Assembly (NCBI GenBank): GCA_964491875.1
Contig: CAZBIC010000015.1
Span: 57,856 to 121,855, forward strand
Reading direction: 5' to 3'
DNA: 64,000 nt
Origin: an uncultured Bifidobacterium sp.
Lineage (GTDB): Bacteria > Verrucomicrobiota > Verrucomicrobiia > Limisphaerales > JADJPG01
Part shown: positions 38,349-48,476 of the stretch, piece by piece
How the letters are laid out: each line of letters begins with the position of its first letter
How positions within the stretch are numbered: position 1 is the first letter of the stretch
The notes under the pieces: generated by a model
What the model saw: only the letters and a program-made list of their open reading frames with translations
The model's database searches: none
Told to the model about the DNA's origin: nothing
Made by a program: the position numbers and the translations under genes

Positions 38349-40172
38349 TTACTTTTTCTTTTTCGGAGCCAGCGAAGCAGCGGGAGCGGCGGTCGCGGGA
38401 GCGGTGTCATCCGCAGTTCGGGTCAGCTTCATCTGGGCAATGCTCAGCAAGTTTTGCACGGTCCAGTAGAGCGTCAAGCCCGCCGAGTAATTGTAGAGCA
38501 TGAAGAGGAAGATCAGCGGGAAATACTTCATGATCTTCTGCTGGGCCGGATCCATGCCGGGCGAAGGCGGCGTGAGGCTGGCCTGCCACAGCATCGTTCC
38601 ACCCATCAGCAGCGGAAGAGGGTTCACGTTGAAATCGATGCCGGGGATCGTGAAAATCGTGTCCGGTCGGGAGAGATCGTAAGCCCAGAGGAAAGAGGCA
38701 CCACGGAGCTCAATCGCGCTTTGCACCATCTGGAAGAAGCCGATGAACACCGGGATCTGAAGCAGCAACGGAAGACAGCCGCCGAGGGGGCTGACTTTGT
38801 TCTCCTTCATGAACTCCATCATCTTCTTGTTCATCTTGGCCGGGTCATCCTTGAACTTTTCCTGGATGGCCTTCATCTGCGGCTGCAGCTTCTGCATGCG
38901 CTTCATCGAGCGCGTGCTCGCGGCGGTCAGCGGCCAGAAGAGGAGCTTGATGATGACAGTGATCGCGATGATGGCCAGGCCGTAGCTCAAACCGAGTGCA
39001 TTGAGGCCGTTCATCGAAAGGAGGAGCAGGCGCGAGAAATAACCGAAGAAGCCGCCGTAGCCCATCACCGAATCGAGGCCGTTGTTCAGCTGCGCCGCGA
39101 TGCGTTCCAGAGTGCGGTATTCCTTCGGTCCAGCAAACAGCAGGAAGCGTTGCTCCAGCACCTGTCCGGCGGCGAGATTGGTTTCCGCGTAGTGAATGTT
39201 GATCTGGTAAGCCGATTGGTTGGGGCGCGAACCGGGAATGGCCGCGAGCTCTTGAGCGCTCGGAGACGGCAGGCGAAAGCGGGTTGCGGACACTTCAACG
39301 CCCGGCGTGGTGGGCATCACCGCGAGGAAGAAGAACTGGTTGTGCGCGGCCGTCCACGAAATGTTGCCCGCCTGGCGGTACTCCGACCGCGGCGTACCCG
39401 GGAAGCAACCGAGCGTCTTGTTCTCGAAGTAGCTGTAATCCGCCTTGTGATCGCTGCGCGCGGCGACATCGTACCAGTGCATGCCCACCAGCATTTCGTC
39501 ATCTTGCGCATTCAACGGCGTGGCCGCGCCGGCGACCCATTTCTGCGACGGCAGCGCGACCGGTTGCGCCGAGCGGTTCTCGATGCGAGCGCGGGCATTG
39601 ACGAGGTAATTCGAACCAAGCTCGAACTCTTTCACCACGAACAGACCGTTGGTCAGGAGCTTCTCCGCTCGAACGCCTGAGACAGTTCGAGCGGCGTTGG
39701 TTCCATCCGCCCACGTCCCGGTGAACTTGGAGATCTTGTAAACACTGTCGCCCGCGAGCGCTTCACTGCCAGCCAGAGCCAGCACGGGCTGCTGCGCTTG
39801 CGCGTTCAAGGTCGCAACGCGATTCGAGAGAATGGAGGACTTGCTGCCGCGCGCGACGGATTCGGGATACTTCAGGAGTTCCACCACCTTCAATCCGCCG
39901 CCATGGGAAGTAAACGTGTAGCGGGCGACTTCATTCGTGAGAACAACCAGCTCCTCGGGCGCGCCGGGCGTGGGAGCCGTCCACGGCACCGCGGGACCGC
40001 GCGGCGCTTCCAGCGCAGTCGTGGCGTTCGTCGCCGGGATGGTATTGGTGAGCGACGCAACGGTGTTGGTCCTCACGATTGGCTTCGGTGGATAAAGCAC
40101 CGGGACGACCTGTGCCCAAAGGACGAACAGGACGAAGCAGATGCTGAGAACGATGACAGACTTACGATCCAT
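38349..40172 (-). CDS. yidC: Membrane protein insertase YidC
   Basis: [38 protein letters not shown] and LYW motifs. Confidence 0.97.
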   Translation of the reverse strand: MDRKSVIVLSICFVLFVLWAQVVPVLYPPKPIVRTNTVASLTNTIPATNATTALEAPRGPAVPWTAPTPGAPEELVVLTNEVARYTFTSHGGGLKVVELLKYPESVARGSKSSILSNRVATLNAQAQQPVLALAGSEALAGDSVYKISKFTGTWADGTNAARTVSGVRAEKLLTNGLFVVKEFELGSNYLVNARARIENRSAQPVALPSQKWVAGAATPLNAQDDEMLVGMHWYDVAARSDHKADYSYFENKTLGCFPGTPRSEYRQAGNISWTAAHNQFFFLAVMPTTPGVEVSATRFRLPSPSAQELAAIPGSRPNQSAYQINIHYAETNLAAGQVLEQRFLLFAGPKEYRTLERIAAQLNNGLDSVMGYGGFFGYFSRLLLLSMNGLNALGLSYGLAIIAITVIIKLLFWPLTAASTRSMKRMQKLQPQMKAIQEKFKDDPAKMNKKMMEFMKENKVSPLGGCLPLLLQIPVFIGFFQMVQSAIELRGASFLWAYDLSRPDTIFTIPGIDFNVNPLPLLMGGTMLWQASLTPPSPGMDPAQQKIMKYFPLIFLFMLYNYSAGLTLYWTVQNLLSIAQMKLTRTADDTAPATAAPAASLAPKKKK

Positions 40173-40461
40173 TACGGCGGGAAGTCAGAGGTGAAAGGGA
40201 GGAGTTAAGGGAAATCGAACGTGGAGGAACCGGATCAAATCCGAATCCCGCCCACGGATGGCAACGGCACAATCGTCGACCGGCGAGAACCGCACCACGG
40301 CAGGCACCATGGACGCGCACGGCCTCGATGGCGTATTGGGAACAGGTGGGTTCGTAGCGGCAGCCAAATCCCATGGGAGCGAATATGGCCGTGAGGATCG
40401 GCGAGACGACGACCTGATACACGCGCAACGCCCGCGTCAGAAGATATTGGAAAGGATTCAC
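40162..40461 (-). CDS. yidD: Membrane protein insertion efficiency factor YidD
   Basis: [10 protein letters not shown] and [14 protein letters not shown] motifs. Confidence 0.95.
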   Translation of the reverse strand: MNPFQYLLTRALRVYQVVVSPILTAIFAPMGFGCRYEPTCSQYAIEAVRVHGACRGAVLAGRRLCRCHPWAGFGFDPVPPRSISLNSSLSPLTSRRNGS

Positions 40462-40859
40462 TTTTCAGACACACCAGTCACCTCAGAGTCGGCGCGAATC
40501 AATCGAGCTTTCGTCAGGGCCAGCAGAAAATCCGTTTGGACCTCGGAGAATGCCTTCCCGACAATGGAACCCCGAGCCACCAACACCAAGTCGACGGGTT
40601 TGGTCAGGCAGCGTTGATTGAGGCGAAACGCCTCGCGGAGCAATCGACGCGCACGAGAACGAATGACAGCGTGCCCAATCTTTCGGCCGGTAATGACTCC
40701 CAAACGCGAAAGGTCCGTAGGGGGAAGATCCACCCAGTTCAAAATCAGACAGCCTTGCGCCAAACGCCGGCCCTGCACCTTGGCCCGGGCGAAATCACGC
40801 CCTTGCTTGATGCGACGCTCCCTGGGCAATCCCAACGGTGCAGGCGAGGAAGCGTCCAT
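40458..40859 (-). CDS. rnpA: Ribonuclease P protein component
   Basis: [28 protein letters not shown]; synteny with rpmH and yidD. Confidence 0.93.
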   Translation of the reverse strand: MDASSPAPLGLPRERRIKQGRDFARAKVQGRRLAQGCLILNWVDLPPTDLSRLGVITGRKIGHAVIRSRARRLLREAFRLNQRCLTKPVDLVLVARGSIVGKAFSEVQTDFLLALTKARLIRADSEVTGVSEK

Positions 40860-40872
40860 GAACGGAGCTGGA

Positions 40873-41010
40873 TCAGACTGGAGTGAGGCGCTTGCGGCCC
40901 ACCCGGCGGCGGTTGCGCAGCGTGGCCTTGCCGCTCTTGGTGGAGTTACGATTCAGGAAACCGTGCTGACGTTTGCGCCGGATTTTCGATGGCTGATATT
41001 GTCGTTTCAT
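40873..41010 (-). CDS. rpmH: 50S ribosomal protein L34
   Basis: Manual translation [45 protein letters not shown] (below the ORF-track size cutoff). Confidence 0.97.
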   Translation of the reverse strand: MKRQYQPSKIRRKRQHGFLNRNSTKSGKATLRNRRRVGRKRLTPV

Positions 41011-41103
41011 GTCTGTCTTCGATCTAAACTTTTTACCGGCTTCGCAAAAAATCCGTCAGTCTTTTGGAGCACTGCGGGACCTTCCTGCGCCACGGGAGGC
41101 GAG

Positions 41104-41131
41104 AGAGTAGCAGTGAACAAAGGTGTGTCAA
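41104..41131 (-). promoter_or_regulatory. Sigma-70 promoter of the rpmH operon
   Basis: TTGACA-N16-TACTCT with an extended -10 TG. Confidence 0.6.
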
Positions 41132-41300
41132 GCATCGGCCCGGAGACAAATCGGTCCGGATTGCGATTGTCCAGATTCCCGGAAGCAGGGCGAAGCGCTC
41201 GCCTGCCAGCCGCTTCGGACGCGGACGGCAAGGGCTGCTGGATTTCCAAACCAGTCGTTGTCACGTCGGACAATGGCGTGTATAGAGGCTCGAACAATTT

Positions 41301-41699
41301 ATGGCCGAAGTTCCTCGCATCTTGTACTGCCACTGCGCCTACGCCCAGGTGGTTCCGGCGGAAGTAAAGACTGCCGTCCTGCGCAAGCTCTGCGACGCCG
41401 GCGTGGCCTTTGACGCCGTGCCAGACCTTTGCGAGATGTCCGCGAGACAGGATCCTAATCTGCAAAACCTCGTTTCCGGTGGCTGCGTGAAGATCGCAGC
41501 CTGTTATCCGCGCGCAGTGAAGTGGCTGTTTGCAGCCGCCAAGGCTCCACTTCCTCCGGACGGCGCGGAGGTTCTGAACATGCGGGTCCAGACTGCGGAG
41601 GAGATTGTCACTGCGTTGCTCAATCCCGGGCTGCAGCCGAATGTGCCGCAGGGAAAAGTGACTGCCGAAGATGCCCCGCAACCCGTCGCTGCCACGTAA
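41301..41699 (+). CDS. Cys-motif protein resembling the HdrA N-terminal small domain
   Basis: ILYCHC, PDLC, IAACYPR and VLNMR motifs. Confidence 0.7.
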   Translation: MAEVPRILYCHCAYAQVVPAEVKTAVLRKLCDAGVAFDAVPDLCEMSARQDPNLQNLVSGGCVKIAACYPRAVKWLFAAAKAPLPPDGAEVLNMRVQTAEEIVTALLNPGLQPNVPQGKVTAEDAPQPVAAT

Positions 41700-41741
41700 C
41701 ACAACCCGCCCCGGAACATTTCACCTCGAACCCGCACTCTC

Positions 41742-42602
41742 ATGGCAGTCAAAGACCAATACTCCTTGCGAGTCGTCCTCTATGATGGGGACGGCGCCCA
41801 GCCCATCCCAGCATCCGACCGGTTCGATGCGACCACCGCGCTTCTTGAGAAGGGGTTTTCCGTCACCCAAGCCAAACCGGGCCAAACGGTAAGCCCGATT
41901 GGCTCCGCGCCCCTGCTGCTGCTGGGACGTTTCGCGAACACTGATGCTCCCGAGATTGCCGGAACGGTTCCGGGCTCACGGGTCGTCTCCCGAAACATCC
42001 TCGGCGTGGACGCGGCGGGAATCAGCGCGCTTTCCGAAGCGGCAAGCCTGGAGCTGCAGGCCGCGCGGTCCGGCGAGTGGAAACCGTGGTTCCCGGTCAT
42101 CGATTACGATCGCTGCACGAATTGCATGCAGTGTCTGAGCTTCTGCCTGTTCGGAGTTTACGGGGTGGACGACGCCCAAAAAATTCAGGTCCAGAACAAC
42201 GACAATTGCAAAACGAACTGCCCGGCCTGTTCCCGCGTTTGCCCGGAAGCGGCGATCATGTTCCCCAAATACAAGGCGGGACCGATCAACGGAGACGTGG
42301 TCAGCAATTCGGATTTGAACCGGGAGAAGATGAAGATCGATATCTCCGCCCTGCTGGGTGGTGATGTTTACTCGATGCTGCGCGAACGGAGCGAGAAAGC
42401 GCAAAGCCGGTTCAGTAAAGAACGCGATGCGGACAAGGCGCTGAAGGAACGCCAAAAGTGCCTCGTGAAGCTCGCGCAAAGTGGGGATATCCCGCCCGAA
42501 GTCCTCATGAGCCTGCCGTCTCCGGACGAAATCGCGCGCCGAGCCGAAGAGGCAAAAGCAAAGGCGGCGGCAGCGTTGGCCCATCAGCCGCCGCCCGCGT
42601 AA
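41742..42602 (+). CDS. 2x[4Fe-4S] ferredoxin-domain protein
   Basis: WFPVIDYDRCTNCMQCLSFC and CKTNCPACSRVCP motifs. Confidence 0.85.
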   Translation: MAVKDQYSLRVVLYDGDGAQPIPASDRFDATTALLEKGFSVTQAKPGQTVSPIGSAPLLLLGRFANTDAPEIAGTVPGSRVVSRNILGVDAAGISALSEAASLELQAARSGEWKPWFPVIDYDRCTNCMQCLSFCLFGVYGVDDAQKIQVQNNDNCKTNCPACSRVCPEAAIMFPKYKAGPINGDVVSNSDLNREKMKIDISALLGGDVYSMLRERSEKAQSRFSKERDADKALKERQKCLVKLAQSGDIPPEVLMSLPSPDEIARRAEEAKAKAAAALAHQPPPA

Positions 42603-42885
42603 GCTCGCCCCGTTTTCCGATCCAGTTTCAACGCCAGAGGCTTCCGTTCAGGGAAGACTACCTTCGCAAACGGAGATTGCCGATAACCTCCCCATGTGCG
42701 ACTGTCAGCAATCAATGTCCATGAGCGTGCGCAATCACTGCGTACGCGGGGCGTCGCTCTCTCGATCAAAAAGCAGTGCGAGCAAAGAAGCTGAAGTGCA
42801 TGAGGCGTTGGCGATAAAAAACTTACAAACACGAGTTCGAGTCGTATCAAAGAACCAAGACGTATAAAGGAGTAAAAGTCGTACC

Positions 42886-45800
42886 ATGCCACTCGGAATT
42901 CCATCGAGCGTTGGCCGCGCCACGCCCCAAACAGATTTTTCGCCAAAACCCTTCCGCCGTGCAATGGCGACTCTCGCCTGCATCGCTTTCAGTCTGGGCG
43001 TTTTCCTCACGACTTACACGCGCGCAGCAGCTCAGACTTATTTGTTGAGCGAAGGCTTTGAAGGACCCGGCTACGAAAACTCCGGCTGGATCGTCCCGCC
43101 GAACAGCACCTCCGCTCCCGAACCAGACCACACGGGAACAGTTCTGCTCGGAAACCAATCGCTGCGCTGCAACGGCGTCTCCTTCATCCAACGCCCGTTC
43201 GAGCGGGAAGATCCTTTCTTTTGTTACCTCCGTGTCCGTTGGGCGGCGTGGTCGGACTACAAGTTCGTGGTCGACTGGTTGGACAACACCCAAGGCTCCA
43301 CCGCCACGTTGCTGACCAGTTTCGGCAACAAGCTCGAAATCAAGCACGGCTCCGTCAGCGTGCCCGGCACCACCACCATTGCCCTCAATACCACCTACCA
43401 CGTCTGGATCGAGTGGACGAAAGGCTCGGGTAGCGATGGCACCATGAAACTCTTCGTCTCGACCGACGGAACCAAACCCACAGTGCCCGAAGTATCCATC
43501 ACCACCGGCAACGGTGTCGCTTCCGCTGCGTTCGATGTCGGTCCGTTCGGCGCCGGTGTGGATGTCGTCTACGATTCGATCCTGATCGATGACGAACCGA
43601 TTGGAAGCAATCCCGGTGGCAACGCACCGCCCTCGATTTCGGGCATCGCGAATCAGTCCACTCCCGAAAATACCTCCACCGCTCCCATCGCGTTTACCGT
43701 CGGCGACCCGGAGACGAATGCGGTGGATCTGACTGTCACCGGCAGTTCGTCAAACCAAGACGTCATTCCGAACGCGAACATTGTATTCGGCGGGTCCGAA
43801 TCGAACCGCACCGTCACTTTGACTCCGGCTCCCAACCAGTCAGGAGTGGCGACGATCACCGTGACGGTCAGCGACGGCACCGCGTCCTCCTCCACCAGTT
43901 TTCCGATCACAGTGGGAACCTTCAACAGCCCCCCTTCCATCTCCTCCATCGCCAACCAATCCACCGTTCAAAACACGTCCACTCCGGCCATCGGATTCGT
44001 CGTCGACGACGCGCAAACCAACGCGGATAGCTTGGACCTCGACGGCAACTCCTCCAACACGACTCTCGTTCCGACAAGCAACATCGCCTTTGGCGGTGCA
44101 GGCACGAATCGAACCGTGACCATCACCCCCGCCCCTGGAGAAACCGGAACCGCAACCATCACCGTGTTCGTCAACGATGGCCAGTTGACCAATTCCACCT
44201 CGTTCATCCTGACTGTCAGCACGGTGAACACGCCGCCCACCATCACTGCAATCAGCGGACAAACCATCGCGCAAGACTCCGTTCTGGGACCAATTGGTTT
44301 CACCGTCAGCGACATCGAAACAGCGGCATCCGCCCTGATTCTCACCAAGGCGTCGTCGAATCCGGATCTCATCCCCCCTGCGAACATCATTCTCGGCGGA
44401 AGCGCCGAGAGCCGGACCGTCACCATCACCCCGGCCAGCGGCCAGTCCGGCACCAGCACCATTACCCTGATGGTGAATGACGGCGAACTCACCGTGTCGC
44501 GGAACTTCCTCGTGACCGTGATCCCAAACAGCACCGGTACCCCGGGCGGATTGCTTTTCGAGGAAGGATTCGAAGGACCGGGCTACGAGAATAGCGGCTG
44601 GACTGAACTCGGCCTGCCGGACCCCAATTACACAAATCAGATCCTCCGCGGCTCGGAATCATTGAACCTGACCGGCAGCGAATTCATCTACCGCACATTC
44701 GTGGCGACCAACAATTTCGACCTCTACATGCGCGCGCATTGGAACGCCTGGGTCGACTACATCAGCTTCATCTACTTCGAAACGGCAGACTTCCAGGCAG
44801 CGGGCAGCCTGTTCGCCGATAATAATCTGCTCCAGATCAATCACGGCAGCGCGAGTGTCATTGGCAGCACCGACATCCAACTCGACACGACTTATCACAT
44901 CTGGCTGGAGTGGCTGCGTGGTGACGGCACCAACGGAACCCTGAACCTCTACGTCTCGACCAACGTCATCAAACCCACTCTGCCGGAAGCAAGCATTTCG
45001 ACCGGCAACGGCGGCGCCATCGAACGCATCTATTTCGGTTCCTTCAGTGCGGGCTTCGATGTCGTGATCGATTCGCTCTTCATTGACGACCAACCGATCG
45101 GGAGCAATCCGGAAGGAAACCTGCCGCCGAGCATTTCCTCAATCACCGATCAGACGGTCGACGAAGACGCTTCCACGACCACCATTCCATTTTCCATAGG
45201 CGATCTCGAAAGCTCCGCCGCCAGCCTGACTCTCGCTGGTTTCTCCTCGGACACCAACCTCGTTCCGCGAGCGAACATCGTCTTCGGCGGGTCCGAGTCG
45301 AACCGCACGGTCGTGGTCACACCCGCGCCCAATCAATTCGGCACCACCACCATCACCATTCAAGTCCGCGACAACGCGCTCACCACCAACACCACGTTCC
45401 TGCTCACCGTCAACCCTCTGAATGACGCGCCGCAAATCAGCTTGCCCGGGAGCCCGGTGAATTTCGTCGAAGGTTCGATTCCCGTCGTCCTCAACTCCAA
45501 CGCGACTGTCATCGACATCGATTCGGCATCCTTCGGCGGTGGCCAGTTGACGATCAGTATTTCTGAAAACGGCGTTCCAGAAGACCGCCTCTCCATTCGC
45601 AACCAAGGAGTAGGCCCCGGAGAGATTGAAGTCAGCGGCATTGGCATCGCCTACGAAGGCGTGGGCATCGGCACGTTCTCCGGCGGAACCAACGGCTCCA
45701 CTCCATTGGTGATTTCGTTTAACGCCAGCGCCACGCCACAAGCCGCCCAGGCCCTGCTGCGCAACATTACATTCGAAAGTGTTTCCGCCATGCCATCCCC

Positions 45801-47811
45801 CTTGCCTCGCACCATCTCGGTCGTCGCGGCGGACGGCCCGAGCGGAACCAGCGCGCCCGCCACCATGGTTGTCAATGTCACCGGTGTGGCAGCAAATCCC
45901 ACGGTCACGTGGCCCTCCCCGACACCGATCATCTACGGCACTCCTCTGTCAGAGCTTCAACTGACTGCCACCGCCGATGTTTCCGGAACCTTCAGCTACC
46001 TCCCGCCCGGCGGAACCGTCTTGAGCGTCGGAACCGAGCAACCGCTCTCGGTCATCTTTACGCCGACTGACAGCGTCAACTTCAACTCCATCACCACGAG
46101 CGTCCCGCTGACCGTCACTCCAGCCCCGCTGCTCGTCAGCGCCAACGCAACCAACCGCGCCTACGGCACCGCCAATCCGACCTTCACCGCGACGTTCACT
46201 GGCTTCGTCAACGGCGACGACGAGGCCGACCTCGACACACCCGTCACCTTCTCCACCACCGCCGACGCCACCAGTCCCATCGGCTCCTACGACATCGTAC
46301 CCGCAGGCGCCACCGACCTGAACTACTCCGTCTCCTTCACCAACGCACTGCTCTCCGTCACGCCCGCTGCACTACTTGTCACTGCCAACGCCACCAACCG
46401 CGCCTACGGCGACACCAACCCAATCTTCACTGCCACCATCTCCGGCTTCGTCAATGGCGATGACGACACGGATTTGCTTGGCGCCCTGGCCTTCGCGACG
46501 CTGGCCGAGACCAACAGCCCCGTCGGCCCATACGCCGTCACACCCGCGGGACTGACCTCCACCAACTACACCATCACCTTCGCTGACGGCACACTCACCG
46601 TCACCGCCTTCGCCCTTCTCGTCACCGCAGACAACCAGAGCAAACTCTACGGCGCCGACTTGCCCGCCCTCACCGGAACGATCCTCGGCGTGCAGAACGC
46701 AGACGACATCACCGCCAACTTCTCCACCGTTGCCACTGCCGCCAGCGATGTCGGGCTCTACCTCATCACCCCCGTCCTGAACGATCCCAACAATCTCCTG
46801 ACCAACTACACGGTCACGATCGTCAACGGCACCTTGACCAATCTTCCCGCCCCGCTGCTCGTCACTGCCAACAACACCAACCGCGCCTATGGCGACACCA
46901 ACCCAATCTTCACCGCCACCATCTCCGGCTTCGTCAATGGCGATGACGAAACGGACCTGCTTGGCGCCTTGACCGTCACAACGCTCGCTGAGACCAACAG
47001 CCCCATCGGCCCATACGCCGTCACGCCCGCGGGCCTGACCTCCACCAACTACACCATCACCTTTGCTGACGGCACCCTCACCGTCACCGCCTTCGCCCTT
47101 CTCGTCACCGCAGACAACCAGAGCAAACTTTACGGCGCCGACTTGCCCGCCCTCACCGGAACGATCCTCGGCGTGCAGAACGCAGACGACATCACCGCCA
47201 ACTTCTCCACCGTTGCCACTGCCGCCAGCGATGTCGGGCTCTACCTCATCACCCCCGTCCTGAACGATCCCAACAATCTCCTGACCAACTACACGGTCAC
47301 GATCGTCAACGGCACCTTGACCAATCTTCCCGCCCCGCTGCTCGTCACTGCCAACGCCACCAACCGCGTTTACGGCACGGCCAACCCGGCCTTCACCGCG
47401 ACGATGACCGGCTTCGTCAATGGCGACGACGAGGCCGACCTCGACACACCCGTCACCTTCTCCACCACCGCCGACGCCACCAGTCCCATCGGCTCCTACG
47501 ACATCGTACCCGCAGGCGCCACCGACCTGAACTACTCCGTCTCCTTCACCAACGCACTGCTCTCCGTCAACCCCGCTGGACCGCTCACCTTGACCCTAGT
47601 CTCAGCAGATGCCGCCGGGAACGTGACACTGCGAGTCACCAGCGACCCCGGCCAGCGCGTCAAGATTCAGGCCTCCACCGACCTCGCCAATTGGGATGAT
47701 CTCGCAACGCTGAACAACGTCACCGGCACCATCGACTACACCGATCCGGCGGCTCCCGAGCGGCCGAAAAGATTCTACCGCGCGGTGCTCTCGCCCGGTT
47801 CGCCGGAATAA
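42886..47811 (+). CDS. Large secreted adhesin-like protein (duplicated lectin-like domain, Ig/cadherin-like repeats, six MBG repeats)
   Basis: EGFEGPGYENSGW domain twice, N.PP.IS.I..Q Ig units, L.VTA....YG...P MBG units and C-terminal ASTDLANW...RFYRAV. Confidence 0.88.
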   Translation: MPLGIPSSVGRATPQTDFSPKPFRRAMATLACIAFSLGVFLTTYTRAAAQTYLLSEGFEGPGYENSGWIVPPNSTSAPEPDHTGTVLLGNQSLRCNGVSFIQRPFEREDPFFCYLRVRWAAWSDYKFVVDWLDNTQGSTATLLTSFGNKLEIKHGSVSVPGTTTIALNTTYHVWIEWTKGSGSDGTMKLFVSTDGTKPTVPEVSITTGNGVASAAFDVGPFGAGVDVVYDSILIDDEPIGSNPGGNAPPSISGIANQSTPENTSTAPIAFTVGDPETNAVDLTVTGSSSNQDVIPNANIVFGGSESNRTVTLTPAPNQSGVATITVTVSDGTASSSTSFPITVGTFNSPPSISSIANQSTVQNTSTPAIGFVVDDAQTNADSLDLDGNSSNTTLVPTSNIAFGGAGTNRTVTITPAPGETGTATITVFVNDGQLTNSTSFILTVSTVNTPPTITAISGQTIAQDSVLGPIGFTVSDIETAASALILTKASSNPDLIPPANIILGGSAESRTVTITPASGQSGTSTITLMVNDGELTVSRNFLVTVIPNSTGTPGGLLFEEGFEGPGYENSGWTELGLPDPNYTNQILRGSESLNLTGSEFIYRTFVATNNFDLYMRAHWNAWVDYISFIYFETADFQAAGSLFADNNLLQINHGSASVIGSTDIQLDTTYHIWLEWLRGDGTNGTLNLYVSTNVIKPTLPEASISTGNGGAIERIYFGSFSAGFDVVIDSLFIDDQPIGSNPEGNLPPSISSITDQTVDEDASTTTIPFSIGDLESSAASLTLAGFSSDTNLVPRANIVFGGSESNRTVVVTPAPNQFGTTTITIQVRDNALTTNTTFLLTVNPLNDAPQISLPGSPVNFVEGSIPVVLNSNATVIDIDSASFGGGQLTISISENGVPEDRLSIRNQGVGPGEIEVSGIGIAYEGVGIGTFSGGTNGSTPLVISFNASATPQAAQALLRNITFESVSAMPSPLPRTISVVAADGPSGTSAPATMVVNVTGVAANPTVTWPSPTPIIYGTPLSELQLTATADVSGTFSYLPPGGTVLSVGTEQPLSVIFTPTDSVNFNSITTSVPLTVTPAPLLVSANATNRAYGTANPTFTATFTGFVNGDDEADLDTPVTFSTTADATSPIGSYDIVPAGATDLNYSVSFTNALLSVTPAALLVTANATNRAYGDTNPIFTATISGFVNGDDDTDLLGALAFATLAETNSPVGPYAVTPAGLTSTNYTITFADGTLTVTAFALLVTADNQSKLYGADLPALTGTILGVQNADDITANFSTVATAASDVGLYLITPVLNDPNNLLTNYTVTIVNGTLTNLPAPLLVTANNTNRAYGDTNPIFTATISGFVNGDDETDLLGALTVTTLAETNSPIGPYAVTPAGLTSTNYTITFADGTLTVTAFALLVTADNQSKLYGADLPALTGTILGVQNADDITANFSTVATAASDVGLYLITPVLNDPNNLLTNYTVTIVNGTLTNLPAPLLVTANATNRVYGTANPAFTATMTGFVNGDDEADLDTPVTFSTTADATSPIGSYDIVPAGATDLNYSVSFTNALLSVNPAGPLTLTLVSADAAGNVTLRVTSDPGQRVKIQASTDLANWDDLATLNNVTGTIDYTDPAAPERPKRFYRAVLSPGSPE
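46126..47569 (+). repeat. Intragenic direct repeats in A-B-C-B-C-A order
   Basis: 483-bp tandem duplication (about 46372-46854 and 46855-47337); identical 148-bp block at 46213-46360 and 47422-47569. Confidence 0.9.
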
Positions 47812-47828
47812 CTACGTCTCCCTTTCTC

Positions 47829-47864
47829 TGGCGGCAGGTTATGCCTGCCGCCATTTTCTTTTTT
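47829..47864 (+). terminator. Intrinsic terminator
   Basis: tggcggcagg-ttatg-cctgccgcca followed by TTTTCTTTTTT. Confidence 0.85.
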
Positions 47865-47911
47865 GCAACGCCAGAGCCGGCTCATATCCTTGCCTTCAAG
47901 ACAAACGCTCT

Positions 47912-48394
47912 ATGGCCAAATCACCTGAACTCACGCTCAAGGAAGGCGACAAAGCGCCCACCTTCAACGCTGCCACCAGCGGCGGTGGAAAAATCTCGCT
48001 CGGCGATCTGAAGGGGAAACATGTCATCCTCTACTTTTACCCGAAGGACGACACGCCGGGTTGCACCAAGGAGGCGTGCGCTTTCCGCGACCACTTCGCC
48101 GACTTCAAGAAACGCGGTGCCATCGTGCTCGGAGTCAGCACGGACCCTGTGAAGTCGCACGACAAGTTCGTCGAGAAATACAAGCTGCCGTTCATCCTGC
48201 TCGCTGACGAAGATCACAAAATCGTCGAAGCCTATGGTGTCTGGGGACAGAAAACCTTCATGGGCCGGAAATACATGGGCACTCATCGCGTCACCTTCCT
48301 TATTGGTCCCGACGGCAAGATTCAGAAAATCTGGCCGACCGTGAAACCCGAGGAACACGCAGAAGAAGTCCTCTCTGCGCTGGACGCCAAATAG
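47912..48394 (+). CDS. bcp: Peroxiredoxin Q/BCP
   Basis: YFYPKDDTPGCTKEACAFRD motif. Confidence 0.95.
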   Translation: MAKSPELTLKEGDKAPTFNAATSGGGKISLGDLKGKHVILYFYPKDDTPGCTKEACAFRDHFADFKKRGAIVLGVSTDPVKSHDKFVEKYKLPFILLADEDHKIVEAYGVWGQKTFMGRKYMGTHRVTFLIGPDGKIQKIWPTVKPEEHAEEVLSALDAK

Positions 48395-48411
48395 CTCCAA
48401 CTCTCGATTCC

Positions 48412-48459
48412 AAAAAACGAAACCGCCGCAAGCATCACTGCCTGCGGCGGTTTGGTTTT
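48412..48459. terminator. Bidirectional terminator
   Basis: aaaccgccgca...tgcggcggttt with A and T flanks between convergent genes. Confidence 0.75.
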
Positions 48460-48476
48460 AAAGAACCCCTCGCGTC

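Noticed and set aside
41010-41300. oriC/dnaA next to rpmH
   Set aside because: No dnaA gene, no TTATCCACA boxes and no AT-rich unwinding element were seen.
42603-42885. Riboswitch upstream of the adhesin (also considered for 25341-25674)
   Set aside because: No known aptamer consensus could be recognised by eye. An Infernal/Rfam scan would be needed.
46126-47569. CRISPR array or mobile-element repeats
   Set aside because: The repeats are in-frame protein domains of about 240 bp with no spacers, and no cas genes are present.
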